64,000 nt of DNA. It comes from Podospora anserina (lineage: Eukaryota). The stretch's first letter is position 1; each line of letters opens with the position of its first letter. The stretch spans positions 434,001 through 498,000 of the forward strand of contig CM030336.1 of the NCBI GenBank assembly GCA_017654855.1, in the 5' to 3' direction. Below the pieces are notes generated by a model. That model was not told where the DNA came from. It made no database searches and was given only the letters and a program-made list of their open reading frames with translations. The translations under genes were made by a program, and so were the position numbers. Of this stretch, positions 37,516 to 51,243 are shown one piece after another.

Positions 37516-38943
37516 GAGTCGAGGGAAATGTGAGGGATTGTTGGAGGGGATGAAGGAGAGATAAGTATATTGGTGGAATGGTGGTATGAGTTCAAAATCA
37601 TTCGGTACATACTCGTAGTCTGCTTTGAAGAACATTGGTTTGTTGACATTGAGAAAGACAGCTTTCCATTATGAGGTGCTGAGCACAGATACGCCCTACC
37701 GAAGCCTTGAGTGAAGTTAAACTTTCTTGATATACCGGTAATGAAAAACATGGGGCTTTCAGCTTTTCAAGATAAACAGTCCGTCCACATGGCAATAACC
37801 GTGAAACAGCCATGTATACAACTCTCAATCAACGCTTCTTTGAAACACCTAGCTTCTGCTCGCCCCCCTAACCGGAGCTTCACTTCCCAAGTCCCAAACC
37901 ACACCAATCCCTCAAACCATCAATCATCACCGTACCACCACCCCTTCCCGTCTCACCCGCAAACCGCGTCCCACCACTCCGTCCTACACAAACCAACACT
38001 TGGAAGATCCCAACGGTCCGCGTACTAGGTCGATGACAGATGAAACACCAGATCTACCCATCCCACTGCTCCCTTTCCCTTCCCGACCCTGAAGATCTCA
38101 GCCGATCCCTCCACCCACACCTGACGTCACAAATGGAGCTCTCCCTAGTCTACCGTTTCGAAAACAGAAGATCCCATCGCGCGCCGTTAAACCCTTTTAT
38201 CCTTTTATTTTTTTTTCTTTGCCACAGTTTGCCTCCTCTTTACCCTGTGGAAGGAAAAAGTTTGTCCTGTCCCTCCCCTTTGACACACGTAACCTCTCAC
38301 AAGCTTCACCTTTCACCAAACATCATAAACTTTGTCCGTCTGATACGTAGAGTAAGATAGATCTTCGAGATGGTGGGTATCCGCATTTTTTCTCGCCTGC
38401 TTGGTGCTACATAACATCCAACTCTTCCCCCTTAAAAGTAATGCTGCTGCTAAACAAATGCAATATGCATCCTGCTCTCCCCTCCCAAACATACACATTA
38501 AGTAAAAACACAAAACGAAACGAAGAGCAGAAAGAAAAAAAAAAGTCTGTATCAGAAAATAAAATTGTGGCAGCACAAGAAAACAAGGGTAAAAAGACCC
38601 AGCAAATCCCTTGATAACCCACCACCCCCCCCTTAAACCCCCACTAAGCAAAAAACGTTTTGCTATGCTGTCAAAAAAAAAAAATGCTGCTGGCCAGCCA
38701 CCCCTCGCCCGTTTTTGCTCCATGACTCCCCGCCCAAAAAAGGTAGTGTGGTGTAAAGTGTGGTAAAAGGACATTCCCATCGGCCGTTTGCGTGGTAATG
38801 CGTTGTGTGGCTTTTGAAAAAGAAAAAGAAGTGTTGAATGATATAAAGTACCGTTAATAATCCCGCCCTGCCTTTCATGTAATCTTCCCTGTAGTAAATA
38901 ATTCTTTCATACATAAAAAGACTTTTGTTCCTCGCGTCGTCGT

Positions 38944-40903
38944 TCATTCCTGGTCGTCCTTGATGTGCTTCATCGGATGCATTATGATATTGGGTGCAAA
39001 TATTTGCCCGTCTTGCTGATGTAATAACCAGGGGAAGTCGACGTCCTCCTCCAGCTTGCGGCCTGTCCACGCGCTGAAGATTTGACGAGGGAAGTCCGAT
39101 TCCCACCAGAAAGTCAGGCCCATGCCCCGAGGGTGGTCGAGATTGTCGGGGCCGTTGCCGGATTTGCTGGCCTGGGGACCACCGCGCCACCACTCATCCT
39201 GCATCTTGTCATCGCCGTTGTCGCGGTGGAAGACGGGGTGCTGAGGGAAGCTGAGCTTGAGTCCGTGCCAGAGCGCAAAGCTTGGGAGAGTGGCCTCGCT
39301 TGGCACACGGATCCCTTGCTCGACTTGGGCTTGGTGAATGGCCAGGAGCAGCGTTCTGCTGCCACGCATGATGGCTGGTGGGCAGTAGTAGCGGGGTGTC
39401 TGAACGCCTTTCTTAAAGCCGTAAATCCACTCCTTGAACACCCAGCTATTCGGTTTGTTGGCGTCGTTGCAGTACGAAGTCGTGATCACGTCAGCCTCTT
39501 CGCCGACGCCCCAGCGGAAGGTTTCGTTGCGCGGGTCGGATACCGGAGGCTCGGGCCCAATGGGCAAGATCTCCCTCACTCTCATGGGACCCCAAGCCAA
39601 AGACCCGCCGTTGTTCGCCTTGTCGACCTGCTTTGAGAATTCTTCGTAATCTCCGATTTCGTTAATCATATGCCAGAAAGTGGCACGCTCGAGGGCCTGC
39701 TTGCGGGGCTCCTCGCGCGCAAAGAGTGCCAGCCTGTCGAGCATCTTGCCGGCATCACCCATGAAGCGCATGTCCATTTCGACCTGCCACCAGTGATCAA
39801 ACTCGGGGTAAAAGAGCGCGAGGAGCTGCATGGGCTGGAACACCTGCCACATGGTGCTAGCGTAGCTTGTTAGTTCGCCTGTCAGCCAAAACGAGATATG
39901 GGGGTTGTCGCCATGTCGACCCGGTTAGCTTACCGATGCTCCTCAACGTCCGGGTACCAGCTGTCCAGGAGCCGGTTGTCCCACAGAATCGCAATCGAGG
40001 CAAACTCGGGAGGAACGCCGGCATCCTTCAGACCTTGCTCGTACAGCTCTCTCGAAGCAAAAATCTCGGGCTTGTATCCCTCGTAATCCTTCATGTCGAC
40101 CAGAAGAATGACCTGGTACTCGCCACCGGACTTGAGCGACGTTTCAGCAATGAGCGAGCGGATGTAGTACATATCCTCAGACGAGTACTCGTATCCCTTC
40201 CACACGCGCACCACAATGGCGGTCCTCCTGCTTGGCTCGAATTCGTGCCAGTGCCTGATTTCCGAGAAAGGGGCGTTCTTTCGGTAGGTGAATCGGGTCT
40301 CGATGCGCGTGTCGTTCAATGGCTCGGCGGCTTCGGGGAAGCGCTCTCGGTTTCGGTAAAAGCACTCATTCTGCAGCTTGCCCCAGTCAAGGTTGGCCCA
40401 GTCGACCTTTTGGCGCTTGTAGTCCTCTTTGTTTTCGCCGTAGCCATAGGGTCCGTAGCGGTTTTCGGCCGTCATGTAGGTCAAGTCAAAGCCGAGGGCC
40501 TCAAAGGAGCCGGCAAATGGGATTGGGTAGGCTGTCAATGGCATTGTTTGTTAGAACAAAGAAAACCGCGTGAGATAACGACGCCGAAGGGAGCGCGCTT
40601 ACGGCCATCAATCTCCTTCTCAACAAGGTCGTCGTCGGGGCTATGTCCCAGAAGGTGTCCACGGGGACCGTAACAGGGAATGCGCGGAGCGAGTGGTGGT
40701 AGGACATTGTGAGTTGGCATCCGTTGTGGTTGTTTCCGCAGATCGGGAAGCTGAAGGCCGAGCCGTGACCAGTGCTCTGAAACATCGTTGCGCATCGACA
40801 CGGTGACGAACCAGACGAAGCATATGGCGAGGCCGACGAACAGCGCCTGACGACTGAAGGCCAGGCGCCGTATCTTGGGATGGGCCAAAGCCAGACGGTT
40901 CAT
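38944..40903 (-). CDS. DUF3405-like type II membrane protein, 3 exons
   Basis: N-terminal TM anchor; RYGPYGY, RTAIVVRVW, IRSLIAETSL..GGEYQV, WQVEMDMRF; introns ~40602-40532 and ~39933-39857. Confidence 0.82.
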
Positions 40904-42291
40904 GGCAGCGGCAGCTTTGGACGCGGGCGATTTGTCGCCCGGTCTGCTGTAGGTGAAGGCCTCCAGGTTGGCGGGTGGTGGGGGGATGAAGTGGGAAAAT
41001 TACGGTTGGTGGCTTCTGGACTGCATCGATCGTGAGAAAGAGGGGAGCGGCGTCCGGGTAAAGACAACGACGCAACGACAATAAACGAGCGACAGGAGCG
41101 ACTGCAATAGGCAGAGGCAGAGTCAGGCTGTGAAAGCAAGCAAGCAAGCAAAGCAAGCCAGAACAAAACAACCGCAGCGAACACAAGAACTCGGCACGAT
41201 AATAAATGGAATGGAGAATGAATGAATGAATGAATGGACAGGTGCGACGGCCTGTGGTTTGCGAGTTTGCAGTTGGCAGGATCAAAAAATTGGGATTGCC
41301 AAGTGCCTGGAGCCCTTTCCTTCTCCCCTGAAGAAAAACCCCTGAACGACGCGCAGACCAGTGGACTATCCCCACATATTTGCTTGGAAAGCCCCCGTTT
41401 GGGAAAAGATGGGGCGCTATTCGCTGCTGGGGTTTCCTATCGGCACGACACAACCGCCTTTCCACCTCCCCGTTGCAAAGCCAACCGCAGCGCCGAGACA
41501 TTGCCTCCTCCAGCTGCGCTGCGTCTTTCCTGTTATCATGTCGCATTTTATGCGTACACTTCTTGGACGGCTCGAGAACGGCTTGACTGGCATGGGCAAT
41601 GGCGGTCTTTGTCATAAATCAGATGAAAATACACGTGTGAAAATCAGGGTCCGGTGTCAGATTGCAAGCTTGCTGCACTTCCAGGTTGGCGTCTGTCAGA
41701 ATCAACATGGGTGCTTCCAGGTTAGCCCTGGATTCAAATGTTGGAAGTGGACACTTCGGATGGAGGCGACCTAAGCCAGATCAGGTTTAATATCCATTTC
41801 AGGGGGCTGTACCCCCACGATCACAGCGGATAAGGTGACGCGATCCCCCGCGAGAAGGTCGTGATAAGAACTTGTACGGTTATTATTTGGGGGCACATGT
41901 AAATGCGCTTCACTACATTCTAATAGTTTATCGTCATACAATACCTTGAGGATGCAAAGTTGTGAGGACTCACACTTCTTCCAGGCCAAGACTGTGCTGC
42001 AACTCCAAACATGCGCCAAGTCAGCATCTCAGCATAGACCTACGGCTTACCTACTCGAAAGGGTAGCGAGCAATCTGCACCAGAGGGGAGACCTCATCCA
42101 TTTTTCTGAAAGCATTAGCATTCTTCCGCTATCTTGACTGAATCATTCCTGCTTGCCTTTCATGATCCCGGGTATATCTCCAAGTGCCTCAATATCGCCT
42201 CCTCGCCCAAAGTAACCAGAGACCGTTGGTTCCTAAACGTAAGCCGCAATCTCTCCCCAAAGCCAAGCCCTTTACCTCATGTCCAGCCACC

Positions 42292-42871
42292 TTAGTACCG
42301 GTGTCTCGTGGAATAGTCCTTGGGGCTGACCACCAGACCACGGCCCTTCTTCGCACCCCGATATACCGTCTCGATAATGTCGATGAGCTCCTGCTTGTCT
42401 TCCAGCACCCACTTGATCTTGTTGTTGTCACCGGTGCCCAGATCGATCATCATGTGCTTGTTGCGGAAGAAGAACATGAGGGTGCACTCGTCGTAGAGCT
42501 CGTACATTGTGTTGAAGTCGGGGACCTTCTCGATGTCGCAAACGTCTAGAGTAGAAAGTCATGGTTAGCGTTTGCTTTGCGCCAAAGCCAAAAAAAAAAC
42601 AGATAGAAACGGAGGGAAAGCTTACAGATGACTGCAAAGTTCTTGACCTTGTCGGCGATGCGGTAGAGCACCTCATCTTGTCGCATACACGCACTGCTGC
42701 CATCTCTGCCAAACCTGATGACTACCAGGCGCTCTTCTTCGCTAAGGATAGCTTGGTCGACGTGCCAGCCGGTCTCCAAGTGTGGCAGTACGAAACTAGA
42801 AGCCGTTGGTTGGTTAGTAACTAACCGACAAAGACACAGGCGGCTAAGGGGCGGGGCTCAACATACGACAT
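42292..42871 (-). CDS. DIM1: U5 snRNP thioredoxin-like protein Dim1/Dib1
   Basis: Spliced MSFVLPHLETGWHVDQAILSEEERLVVIRFG...MFFFRNKHMMIDLGTGDNNKI...SPKDYSTRHRY; 5-nt first exon ATGTC, two introns. Confidence 0.97.
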
Positions 42872-43142
42872 GGTGATATATACGGGCTGGCTTGTCGCAA
42901 AACGGCTCGGTGTAGTATTCGAAATGTAGATAATTTCGTTGCTGGCGTAAAATTTGGCGCGCAGGAGTTTGATGTAGTTGCTGCGGCAGGATTAGAAAAG
43001 AACGAGCAAGTTGAAGTGAGTGAACTTTCTGGACCGTCGCCTTCTCGAAGGCTGTCGAAAAGCCCCCACCGCGTTGCATCAGATTTGCTGACGTAACAGG
43101 GCCTGGCCTACCAGCCTTACGGGGCGCACGGTCCACTCGCTC

Positions 43143-43158
43143 TTTCGCGTCGACGCGT
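43143..43158. promoter_or_regulatory. MCB-like cell-cycle elements (TTTCGCGTCGACGCGT) in the DIM1/thymidylate synthase divergent promoter
   Basis: ACGCGT at 43153-43158 and palindrome CGCGTCGACGCG at 43146-43157, ~120 bp upstream of the TS ATG. Confidence 0.6.
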
Positions 43159-43276
43159 TAATGGTTTTGGGGAGACCCCTCTATTGCCTCGTGAGCAACA
43201 CCACCATTCAACAAGCCAGCACTTTCCAGCGTTGTCGCGAATCTTTCAATTTCCCAAATATTCTCAAGTCTTGAAA

Positions 43277-44333
43277 ATGACAGTTGAAGCCCCTTCCACA
43301 ACCCCCGCCGCGCCGGCCGCGGCCCCAGCAGCCACCCCCCCCCTAAAAAGACACGAAGAATACCAATACCTCGACCTCGTCCGCGACATCCTCGAAAACG
43401 GTGAACTCCGCCGGGACCGGTATGCCCCCTCTCTCACTCCCCCTTTCCCACTCATCATCTAACCATCTTCTCTCCAGAACCGGGACAGGCACCTACTCCC
43501 TCTTCGCCCCCTCCCCCCTCAAGTTCTCCCTCTCCACCCCAACAGGAACCCCCCTCCTCCCCCTCCTAACCACAAAACGCGTCTTTACCCGCGCCATAAT
43601 CCTCGAACTCCTCTGGTTCATCTCCGGCTCCACCTCCTCCCTCCCCTTGTCCTCCCAAAACGTCAAAATTTGGGACGGCAACGGCTCCCGCGCCTTCCTC
43701 GACAGCCTAGGCCTCACCCACCGCGAAGAGGGCGACCTCGGCCCCGTGTACGGCTTCCAGTGGCGCCACTTTGGCGCAGAGTACGTTGACTCCAAAACCG
43801 ACTACACCGGCCAGGGCGTCGACCAGCTCGCGCGCATCGTCCAGACCCTCAAGATGAACCCGTACGATAGGAGGTTGATCCTCTCGGCGTGGAACCCAAA
43901 GGACATGAGCCAGATGGTCCTCCCGCCCTGTCACATGTTTGCCCAGTTTTATGTCTCTTATCCTAGGTCGAGGAAAGAGACGGAGGAGGGGAGGGAGGTC
44001 AAGGGGCATCTACACTGTCAACTGTACCAGCGGAGTTGTGATATGGGGTTGGGGGTGCCATTTAATATCGCGAGTTATGCGCTGCTGACGCACATGCTGG
44101 CCCATGTGTGTGATTTGGTGCCGGGGAGCTTGACGCACGTGATGGGGGATGCGCATGTGTATTTGAATCATGTTGATGCTCTCAAGACACAGCTGGAAAG
44201 AGAACCGAGGGAGTTCCCAGAGTTGGAGATCAAGAGGGAGAAAGGGGGAAGTATTGATGGGTGGAAGTTGGAAGATTTCGAGATCAAGGGGTATAACCCG
44301 CACAAGGTTATCTCGATGGAGATGTCTGTATAG
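43277..44333 (+). CDS. CDC21: Thymidylate synthase, 2 exons
   Basis: [62 protein letters not shown]; intron ~43420-43477. Confidence 0.98.
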
Positions 44334-44493
44334 TTCCAAGCTGATTTGGCATCATAGATAAAGTTGCAGGCGACTGGATTTTCAACCCAAATAATTAGAC
44401 ATGTAAAGCAGAGGCGGTATATTCATCTGACACAAAAGTCCATGCTACTTGTTCCCAAGACTCTTTTCCATCGCGGTATCAAACCCTTTCTTC

Positions 44494-46974
44494 TTACTTG
44501 GTATGCACCGGCACCTCCTTGCTCTGCGTAAAGTGCCTCGGCAACCTATTCTCCCCCTCCGCATACGGGAAACCCGCCTCCTCCCTCGCCATATCATTCA
44601 CCCACTTCTCATTCCCCTTCAGCCCCCCCTTCCCATGCTTTTCCACGCCTACCTCGTTCCACTTGGCCGCCAAATAAAACCACCCGAGCGCGTTGCCCAC
44701 GGTCCCGATCTCATCCGACACCCCCGTGGCAGCAGCATGGCTCATCTTCTTCCACAGCTCCTCATCCGTAAAGAGCTCCATCAAGTGCCCCGCCACCGCC
44801 TTCCAATCCCCCGGCTGGACCAAAAACCCATTCACCTTGTCCTTGACCTGCAGCGGAATGCCCCCCGTGGCAGTCACAATCACCGGTCTACCCGCATGAA
44901 GTGCTTCCGAAACTTTGACCTCGAAACCCTCCCGAGTTGACAACTGCAGCACGACGTGCGCGTTGGCAAGCAGGGTATTGATCAGCTGATCATTCGGATC
45001 CAGCCTCATGACGCTCACATCCTTGATCAGGTCAGGGTAGTACGTCTCGAGCTGGCTCATGGTCTGATCATAGATCAGGCTTGCGTCTGGATCGTCAACG
45101 GACCCGTTTCCGCAAACCACCAACTGAGGCACATCGGTGAGCCCTTGCTTGTCACACCTGCGACGGAATTCGGCATAGGAGTCAATCACGGTAGGGATGC
45201 CCTTCGCAGGGTCAAATCTCGCAACTTGAATGATATACTTCCTCGCTGGCCAGTTCAGCTCCGTCATGCGCTGCGAGTGGCAGGCCACGTTGTAGATGTG
45301 GCCGTAGTAACCGCTGTCCCACTTGTTGAGGTGCTTGTTCAGGCCGTCGAGCCAGTCGGTTGTTGCGGGGAGGTAGACGACCTTCTCTCGGGGGACAGTG
45401 TGGGGGACAAAGATGGGGATGGGGTGGGAGATGAACATGTCTGCGCCTTGGATGTTGGACCACAAGAAGTCCCAGATGTCGGCTTGGGGCGAGCCGGCCT
45501 TGGCGACCAGGTCGCTGCGGATCTGGATGTGGGAGCGGTAGAGGACGGGCCGGTCAGGAGTGGCTTTCTTGATCAGGGGGATGAGGCCGGGCATTTGCGG
45601 GTCGTCAATCTAAGACAACGTCAGTAACCGTGGTACTGTAGGAAGAGAAAGAACTCCCCCACGCTCCCGTTGTGGTGGCTGTGGTCAGGTGGACAACCTT
45701 AACCAGGGAACGTGCATGATGGAGGGTAGACGTTGGTTCGAGTGAGAGGGGAAAAAAAGACTCATAGAGAGGAAAGTACAAGGTACCTACAATGACAATA
45801 TCAGCACCACCGTCCGCGGGCGAGCACAGTGGCCCACCCTCAGAGAACCAGTAACGGTTCGCATTGTCGGTGATCCAGTCAATGATGGACTGCTTCTCCT
45901 CGGCCGAGACTCGTTGGTCGGGGTGGCTCACACCCTGGAGAATGTTGTGGATGTTCTTGGTGATACGGAAGACACCAGGACGAGGCTTGGGGACTGTCCA
46001 AAAACGTCAGCCTCACAGACTCCTCCGAACAGAGCTCAAGTTGTATCCTCTACTTACCATACCAAGTCAAGTCCACCCCCATGAGACGGGCAAAACGGAC
46101 CAATGCGTGACGCATCAGAGCCACACCACCACCTTGAGGTGTGGAACTGAAGAAGGCAATTTTGGTCTTGTTCGCGCGGAGCTTCTTTGCATACGTCAAC
46201 ATGGTCTCCCACGTAGCATGGCTGCAAGTGTCCTTGTGGTTCTGGACTGTCGTAAGGTGGGCTCGGAAGCCAGCATCAGTCTGGACAATTCCTCGCCAGC
46301 CAACGTGAAGAAGAGGAACAAGAGAGGGGCCGAAGTTCCTATCAGGTCCCATTAGCGTCTGCCGGTTGAGCTCGAGTTGTACGCCAACAACACTCACATG
46401 ATACACTTCCGCGCCATAGAATCAGCCTGCTCGTCCACCCTCTTCACATCCCAAAACGACTTCTCCTTGTGCTCATCGTCCGGCCGCATCACAATCGGCA
46501 CAATATCCAGCTCCAGCCACAGCCTCGAGCACAAGCTCGGGCTCATGTACTTGAGCGTCGTGGGCAGACCAGCACCGATAAACTTGGCAAAGTTCTCGTG
46601 CTCGTACTTTTCCACTTCGGCAATCACGTGGTCAGCAATCAGATCGGCCCCCATCTTCATGGCGTCGTCCAGCATAATATGCTTGACGGAAAAGTCCACG
46701 AGATAGACTGTGTCGTGAATTGCCAGGGCTACGACGGCCGTGTGGTCGTCTGAGAAGACGGCCGAGACACCGAGGTAGAGGGTCTTGTAGAGACAAAAGC
46801 CATCATCAGTTTTTATGTACTGTGAAGAGAACAAACAGAGACAGGCAGGCAGGGTGGCTAGCTTACGGTGAGGGCAGGACCAAAGTGACCTTCCTTCTCC
46901 ACCAATGTGCTCATCTGGCGCTTGCGGTGCACCGAAGTGCCCGTGGAGAACTTGCGTCCCTTTTCGAACGCCAT
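44494..46974 (-). CDS. ccg-9: Trehalose phosphorylase/synthase (GT4), clock-controlled gene 9 orthologue, 5 exons
   Basis: MAFEKGRKFSTGTSVHRKRQMS start; FFSSTPQGGGVALMRH, QVARFDPAKG, QLSTREGFEVKVSEAL; possible upstream in-frame ATG at 47367. Confidence 0.93.
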
Positions 46975-49923
46975 GGCTGCGTTGACAGCGTGTACGACAG
47001 GACGAAGACTCTTGTGGTTGTAATGATCGGGATGGGATCGATTATCTGTATGTGTATGATCTGAGCTCTGCTCGTGTGGATCTGCAAACAAAGAATTGGC
47101 ACGATCAGAGGAAGTAGATTGTTGAGGTTGAGCGAGAGTAGAGGGAGCAACGGGGGAGGACAAAGGGCTTATAGCTCTTTCCTGTTCCTGGATCGCAGCT
47201 GGGGACGAGGCCAGTTGACGGGCAAAGCGGGGGGACCCAGACCCGTTCTGGGCTTGGGATGGCGAGGATGGGACGACGGTTGGCGCTGGGAGGCTGTCGG
47301 TGTTTTCGTTATGGTGGCGGGAAGCAAGGGTGGTCGACGGTGAGGAGGGGCGCTGATCCTGATCCATTGTTCAAGAAAATCGGGAAAAAACAGCTGTCGA
47401 GCTTGCTATGGACGCGGGGGGAGGTCCTCACGAGGCGGTGACGCAGGTATTCGTCTTGCAGCTGCAGCCAGGCGGGTCCAGTGGGATGCTGCGATGCAGT
47501 GGTCTGCTGCTCTCTGCTCTGGTACAGTGGTACCTGAGGTACTTGGTAATGTGAGGCGGGGTAGGAACAATGAGCTCAGCTCGCGCAAGCGTAAGACGAT
47601 GGGGGACGTCCGCCGAGGAGTATGTTCTTTGTCGAGTCAGGTTCGATGTCAGGTCGGTGCTTCCCGAGGGACTTCTCTTGGGTCCAGACTGCCGGGAATT
47701 GGTGGTGTCACCTGCGAGATTGTCAATTTCACTATCCAAAACCTGGTTGATCTGTGTGCCTCGAATGGGCGAGAACGACAATGGCGATATCTCGTCGTTC
47801 CATGAAGCTCTTCTCACTTTTTGCCCCCTGCCTTGTGCCACCCTCGACGTGGGACACACGGTGCTTGATCCCCGCGCCACAGCATGCCACCCATCTCGCT
47901 GCCGGAGGGCTCACAAGATACGCAGTCTGTAGATGGCCCTGGCAGGGCAGGAATGCATCTCGTGCTTGGGGTCACGGCGGGGTTGGCTTGGAGCCCACAG
48001 AGGTCATTGGACGAAAGCTACCACACCTGCACAATACATGAAAGTGCAGGTGGTAAAGTCGGTGAGAATGTCCATCACCAAGCCATGGCTGTGATAACTG
48101 TGGTTCGGGGCTTCTCTCGAAAACAAAAAGAGTTGTCCTCGTCCGGCCACGGCCCGCGACCTGTCGGCTCGGAGACGGTGACAGCTCAGAACGAGACTAT
48201 CGACTCCATGCGCGAGTCTGAAACGGGCACGTACAGCAAGGTGTAGGAGCGAGAAAATGGAATAGTGCAGGAACTTACAGCAGAAATTCTTTTCTTTTTC
48301 TTTGCGTAACGGTCTCGCTGAATAGCAACAGCTTGTCTGAGACCGGCTTCCGAAGAATCTGATCTGGACGGTGTACGGGTTGCTGAGAATTTCTCTTCTA
48401 CTTACTGTCAGATCATCTGAAGGATCAATTTGAGATGGAATGATCTCAGGAAACTATCCGTCAGCATTCCCAAAGTTTTGAGACGAACCTTTCTCTTCTA
48501 TCACGACGTCTTGGAAGTGGTGACGTCTTGGTTACAGTGTCCGTTGTAACCGCTGTTAGCGGGCTTCTAGCGTTGGAGATGTCGTGCGGCTAGCGGTGCA
48601 GTTCACAGGGGCCTGAGCTAGGGGTGTTGACAAGGGGGTGATTGGATGCGGGGTTGTGAGGTTGTGAATCTGCAGGTGGAATGAATTGGATGGTGGTGAG
48701 GGATAGGGGATGTGAGACCAACAGATCGAATGAGCTGTTTAGGTAGATAATCGAGCTATGAGTAATGAGCTATTGATTGTGTTGGCAAACATCACACTCA
48801 GTCGTGGGTTGATGACTTATACATCAGCTTCAACTGCTTGATGGGCCACTTCAACGAGATCATACGATGGCTGGCTATGCTGAGGGCAGAAAATATCCCA
48901 CGACTGCTCGGCTATCATGCAACTGGGAACGTCTTGGAACATGTCGTTGATCGAGATCTTGGGCTTGGTCAGCGGCTCTGGTGCCCGTATTGGCCCTGAA
49001 GGTGGGCCTCTGCAGGAACTATTTCTCAGAGTAACATGTGGTTTGGCGGCAGTGCCGGGCAGTCAGGTCATCACCAGGTATTCACATGTGGACCGTATCG
49101 ACCAATTTGGTGCTTGCTTGCTGCCAACAAGCTTGGAAGGGAGAAAGAAGGACTCATATCCCAGGATTTCGTGCAAGTCCCTGCACTCAATATGGTAACC
49201 TATACGATGACTTACTTATACGATCGGAGAGAGCGGAAGAGGCAAAAGTATGCCAACCCACTGAGTACGAGAGGAGCTTGAACAACTCAATCATATCATT
49301 ACCAAATATGAACAACAATAAGGATAATCCGTACTCCGTGCTGTGTCCTCTGAGGATGTCCCAACTGTCGTCCACAATAGCCTTAGCATGGCGGGGAAGA
49401 GGGGCACCGATGATCCGAGTCCCATGGAAGGGTGCGGGGCAAAACGGGGAAGCGACGAGTGCCCCACTCGGCTTCTGAAGCCAAGTGCTTGGTGACCATA
49501 AACTGCACACTGCACGGGCCAAGCCGCCCAAGGATGGCCTGTCAACATTCGACGATGCTCCTTCACCACACCCCCCGTGACACCACGACACCATCTTTGT
49601 TTTACTGTGTCACCCCAGGGCGGTATTTGTTGAGACGGCGGTGTCACGTCCCGACGAGACATTTTCAGCCTCCACACATCACGGGACCCTGAAAGCTTTT
49701 CTCGTCCACATCCTCCAAAGACATGGTCGGATTTTGGGTCGGTGCCGGTCGACCGAGCCGAATCGAATCCTACAGAACATTTGACATTGATCGATGATCA
49801 GTGTAGAGGCTGGACTAACAGGTAAGACGTCAATGGTATTCAATAAAAGAACCCCCATCCTACATACGCAATACGCTCTCATTTACATAATACACATTTC
49901 GTCTGCCTCCTTCTCCCGCTCCT

Positions 49924-50832
49924 TTAGTCATATCTCTTGGCAACCGTCTTCCAGTTGATGATGTTCCAGATGGCATCAAAGTACTCGGCCTTGCGGTTCT
50001 CGTACTGGAGATAGTACGCGTGCTCCCAGGCGTCAATGCCCAGAAGAGGCACAAAGGCGCCGGTAACGGGGTCCTGGTTGGCGCGGGTGACGATGCTCAG
50101 AGTGTCGCTCTCCTTGTCCTTGACGAGCCACGCCCAGCCGCTGCCCTGGATGCCAGCCAGAGTGGTGTTCATCTGCTTTCGGAAGTCCTCAAAGCTGCCA
50201 AAGTCGTCCTCAATGGCTTGCTGCATTACACGAACACACGTTAGCACAATCTCTAAAACTCTTGCTCGGGCCCAACGTACCTTGAGGTCTCCCTTAGGCT
50301 CACCACCGCCCTCCCTGCTGGCAGGGGCAAGGTTCTCCCAGAAAAGAGAGTGGTTGACGTGACCACCACCGTGGAAGTTGAGAAGAGGCGCAATCGAGGC
50401 AGCCTTGGTGAAGTCACCCTTCTCCTCGGCCTTTGCGATATTTTCCAGCGCCGTGTTAAGGCCGGTCACATATGTTTGGTGGTGCTTCTTGTGGTGGAGC
50501 TCCATGATCTTGGAGGAGATGTAAGGTTCGAGCGCATTGTAGTCATCTGTAACCAGCACAGGTAAGTACAATGCCTTATCATGGTAAGTTGTAGCTAGCT
50601 ACTGGCGTCAATTGCGACAGATTGTGGCAGCGGCGTGGCTGGCGTGTGGGAGTAGCCCCATAGAGGGCAACCAATGTAACCTCTTGACTGTTCAACACTT
50701 ACACGGAAGATCTGGGAGAGTGGCCTTGCCGCGAACGAAGCTGGTGCTGGCGAGAGCAGCAGCAGGCTTGACAGCCGAAGCCCGGAGAGCTCCACGGAGC
50801 GCGGGGACGGTGCGAAGAAGAGTGGAAGACAT
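49924..50832 (-). CDS. SOD2: Mitochondrial manganese superoxide dismutase, 3 exons
   Basis: Arg/Ala-rich presequence MSSTLLRTVPALRGALRAS; LPDLP/YDYNALEP, HHKKHHQTYV, GGGHVNHSLFW, QGSGWAW, DAWEHAYY. Confidence 0.97.
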
Positions 50833-51243
50833 TTTGATAGTGATGGTTGTGTTTGCTGTTGAGATAGGGGGTCAATTGAGTGTCTGGCGGTTTAGAGTTT
50901 GGAGGCGTGCCGTAAACATACCCTTTGAGTTCCAATGATGCAGACTTGGGACGTCAAACTTGTTGGGTCTGGTCTCAGGAGGGAACCTCGATGGAAGCTT
51001 CGGTTACTATCAGTCACAATTCCGTCATTGCCCCACCTCAAGCTACCCCAGTTTCGGCTGTATGAACTGTTGTCTGGGCCGCCAGCTGGCACGAGCGTCG
51101 CTGACCTAACAGAGGCGCACTGCCCCTCCAGGATGTTTCGCGTCCTCTCGAAGCCCAAAATTCAGGGACCAGTCGAGGTTGGACTTGCGGTTGGAGTTTC
51201 TTTCATTCTTTGCATTGGATCGCCTCACTACCGCGTCGTCATT

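Noticed and set aside
40641-41615. 324-aa minus-strand ORF upstream of the DUF3405-like gene
   Set aside because: Crosses promoter microsatellites (GCAA)n and (GAAT)n, no domain, out of frame with the real gene
43277-44333. Sharp C-rich to G-rich switch inside thymidylate synthase suggesting a chimera
   Set aside because: The same gradient occurs in the cupin, epimerase and other genes here, so it is a genome-wide codon trait
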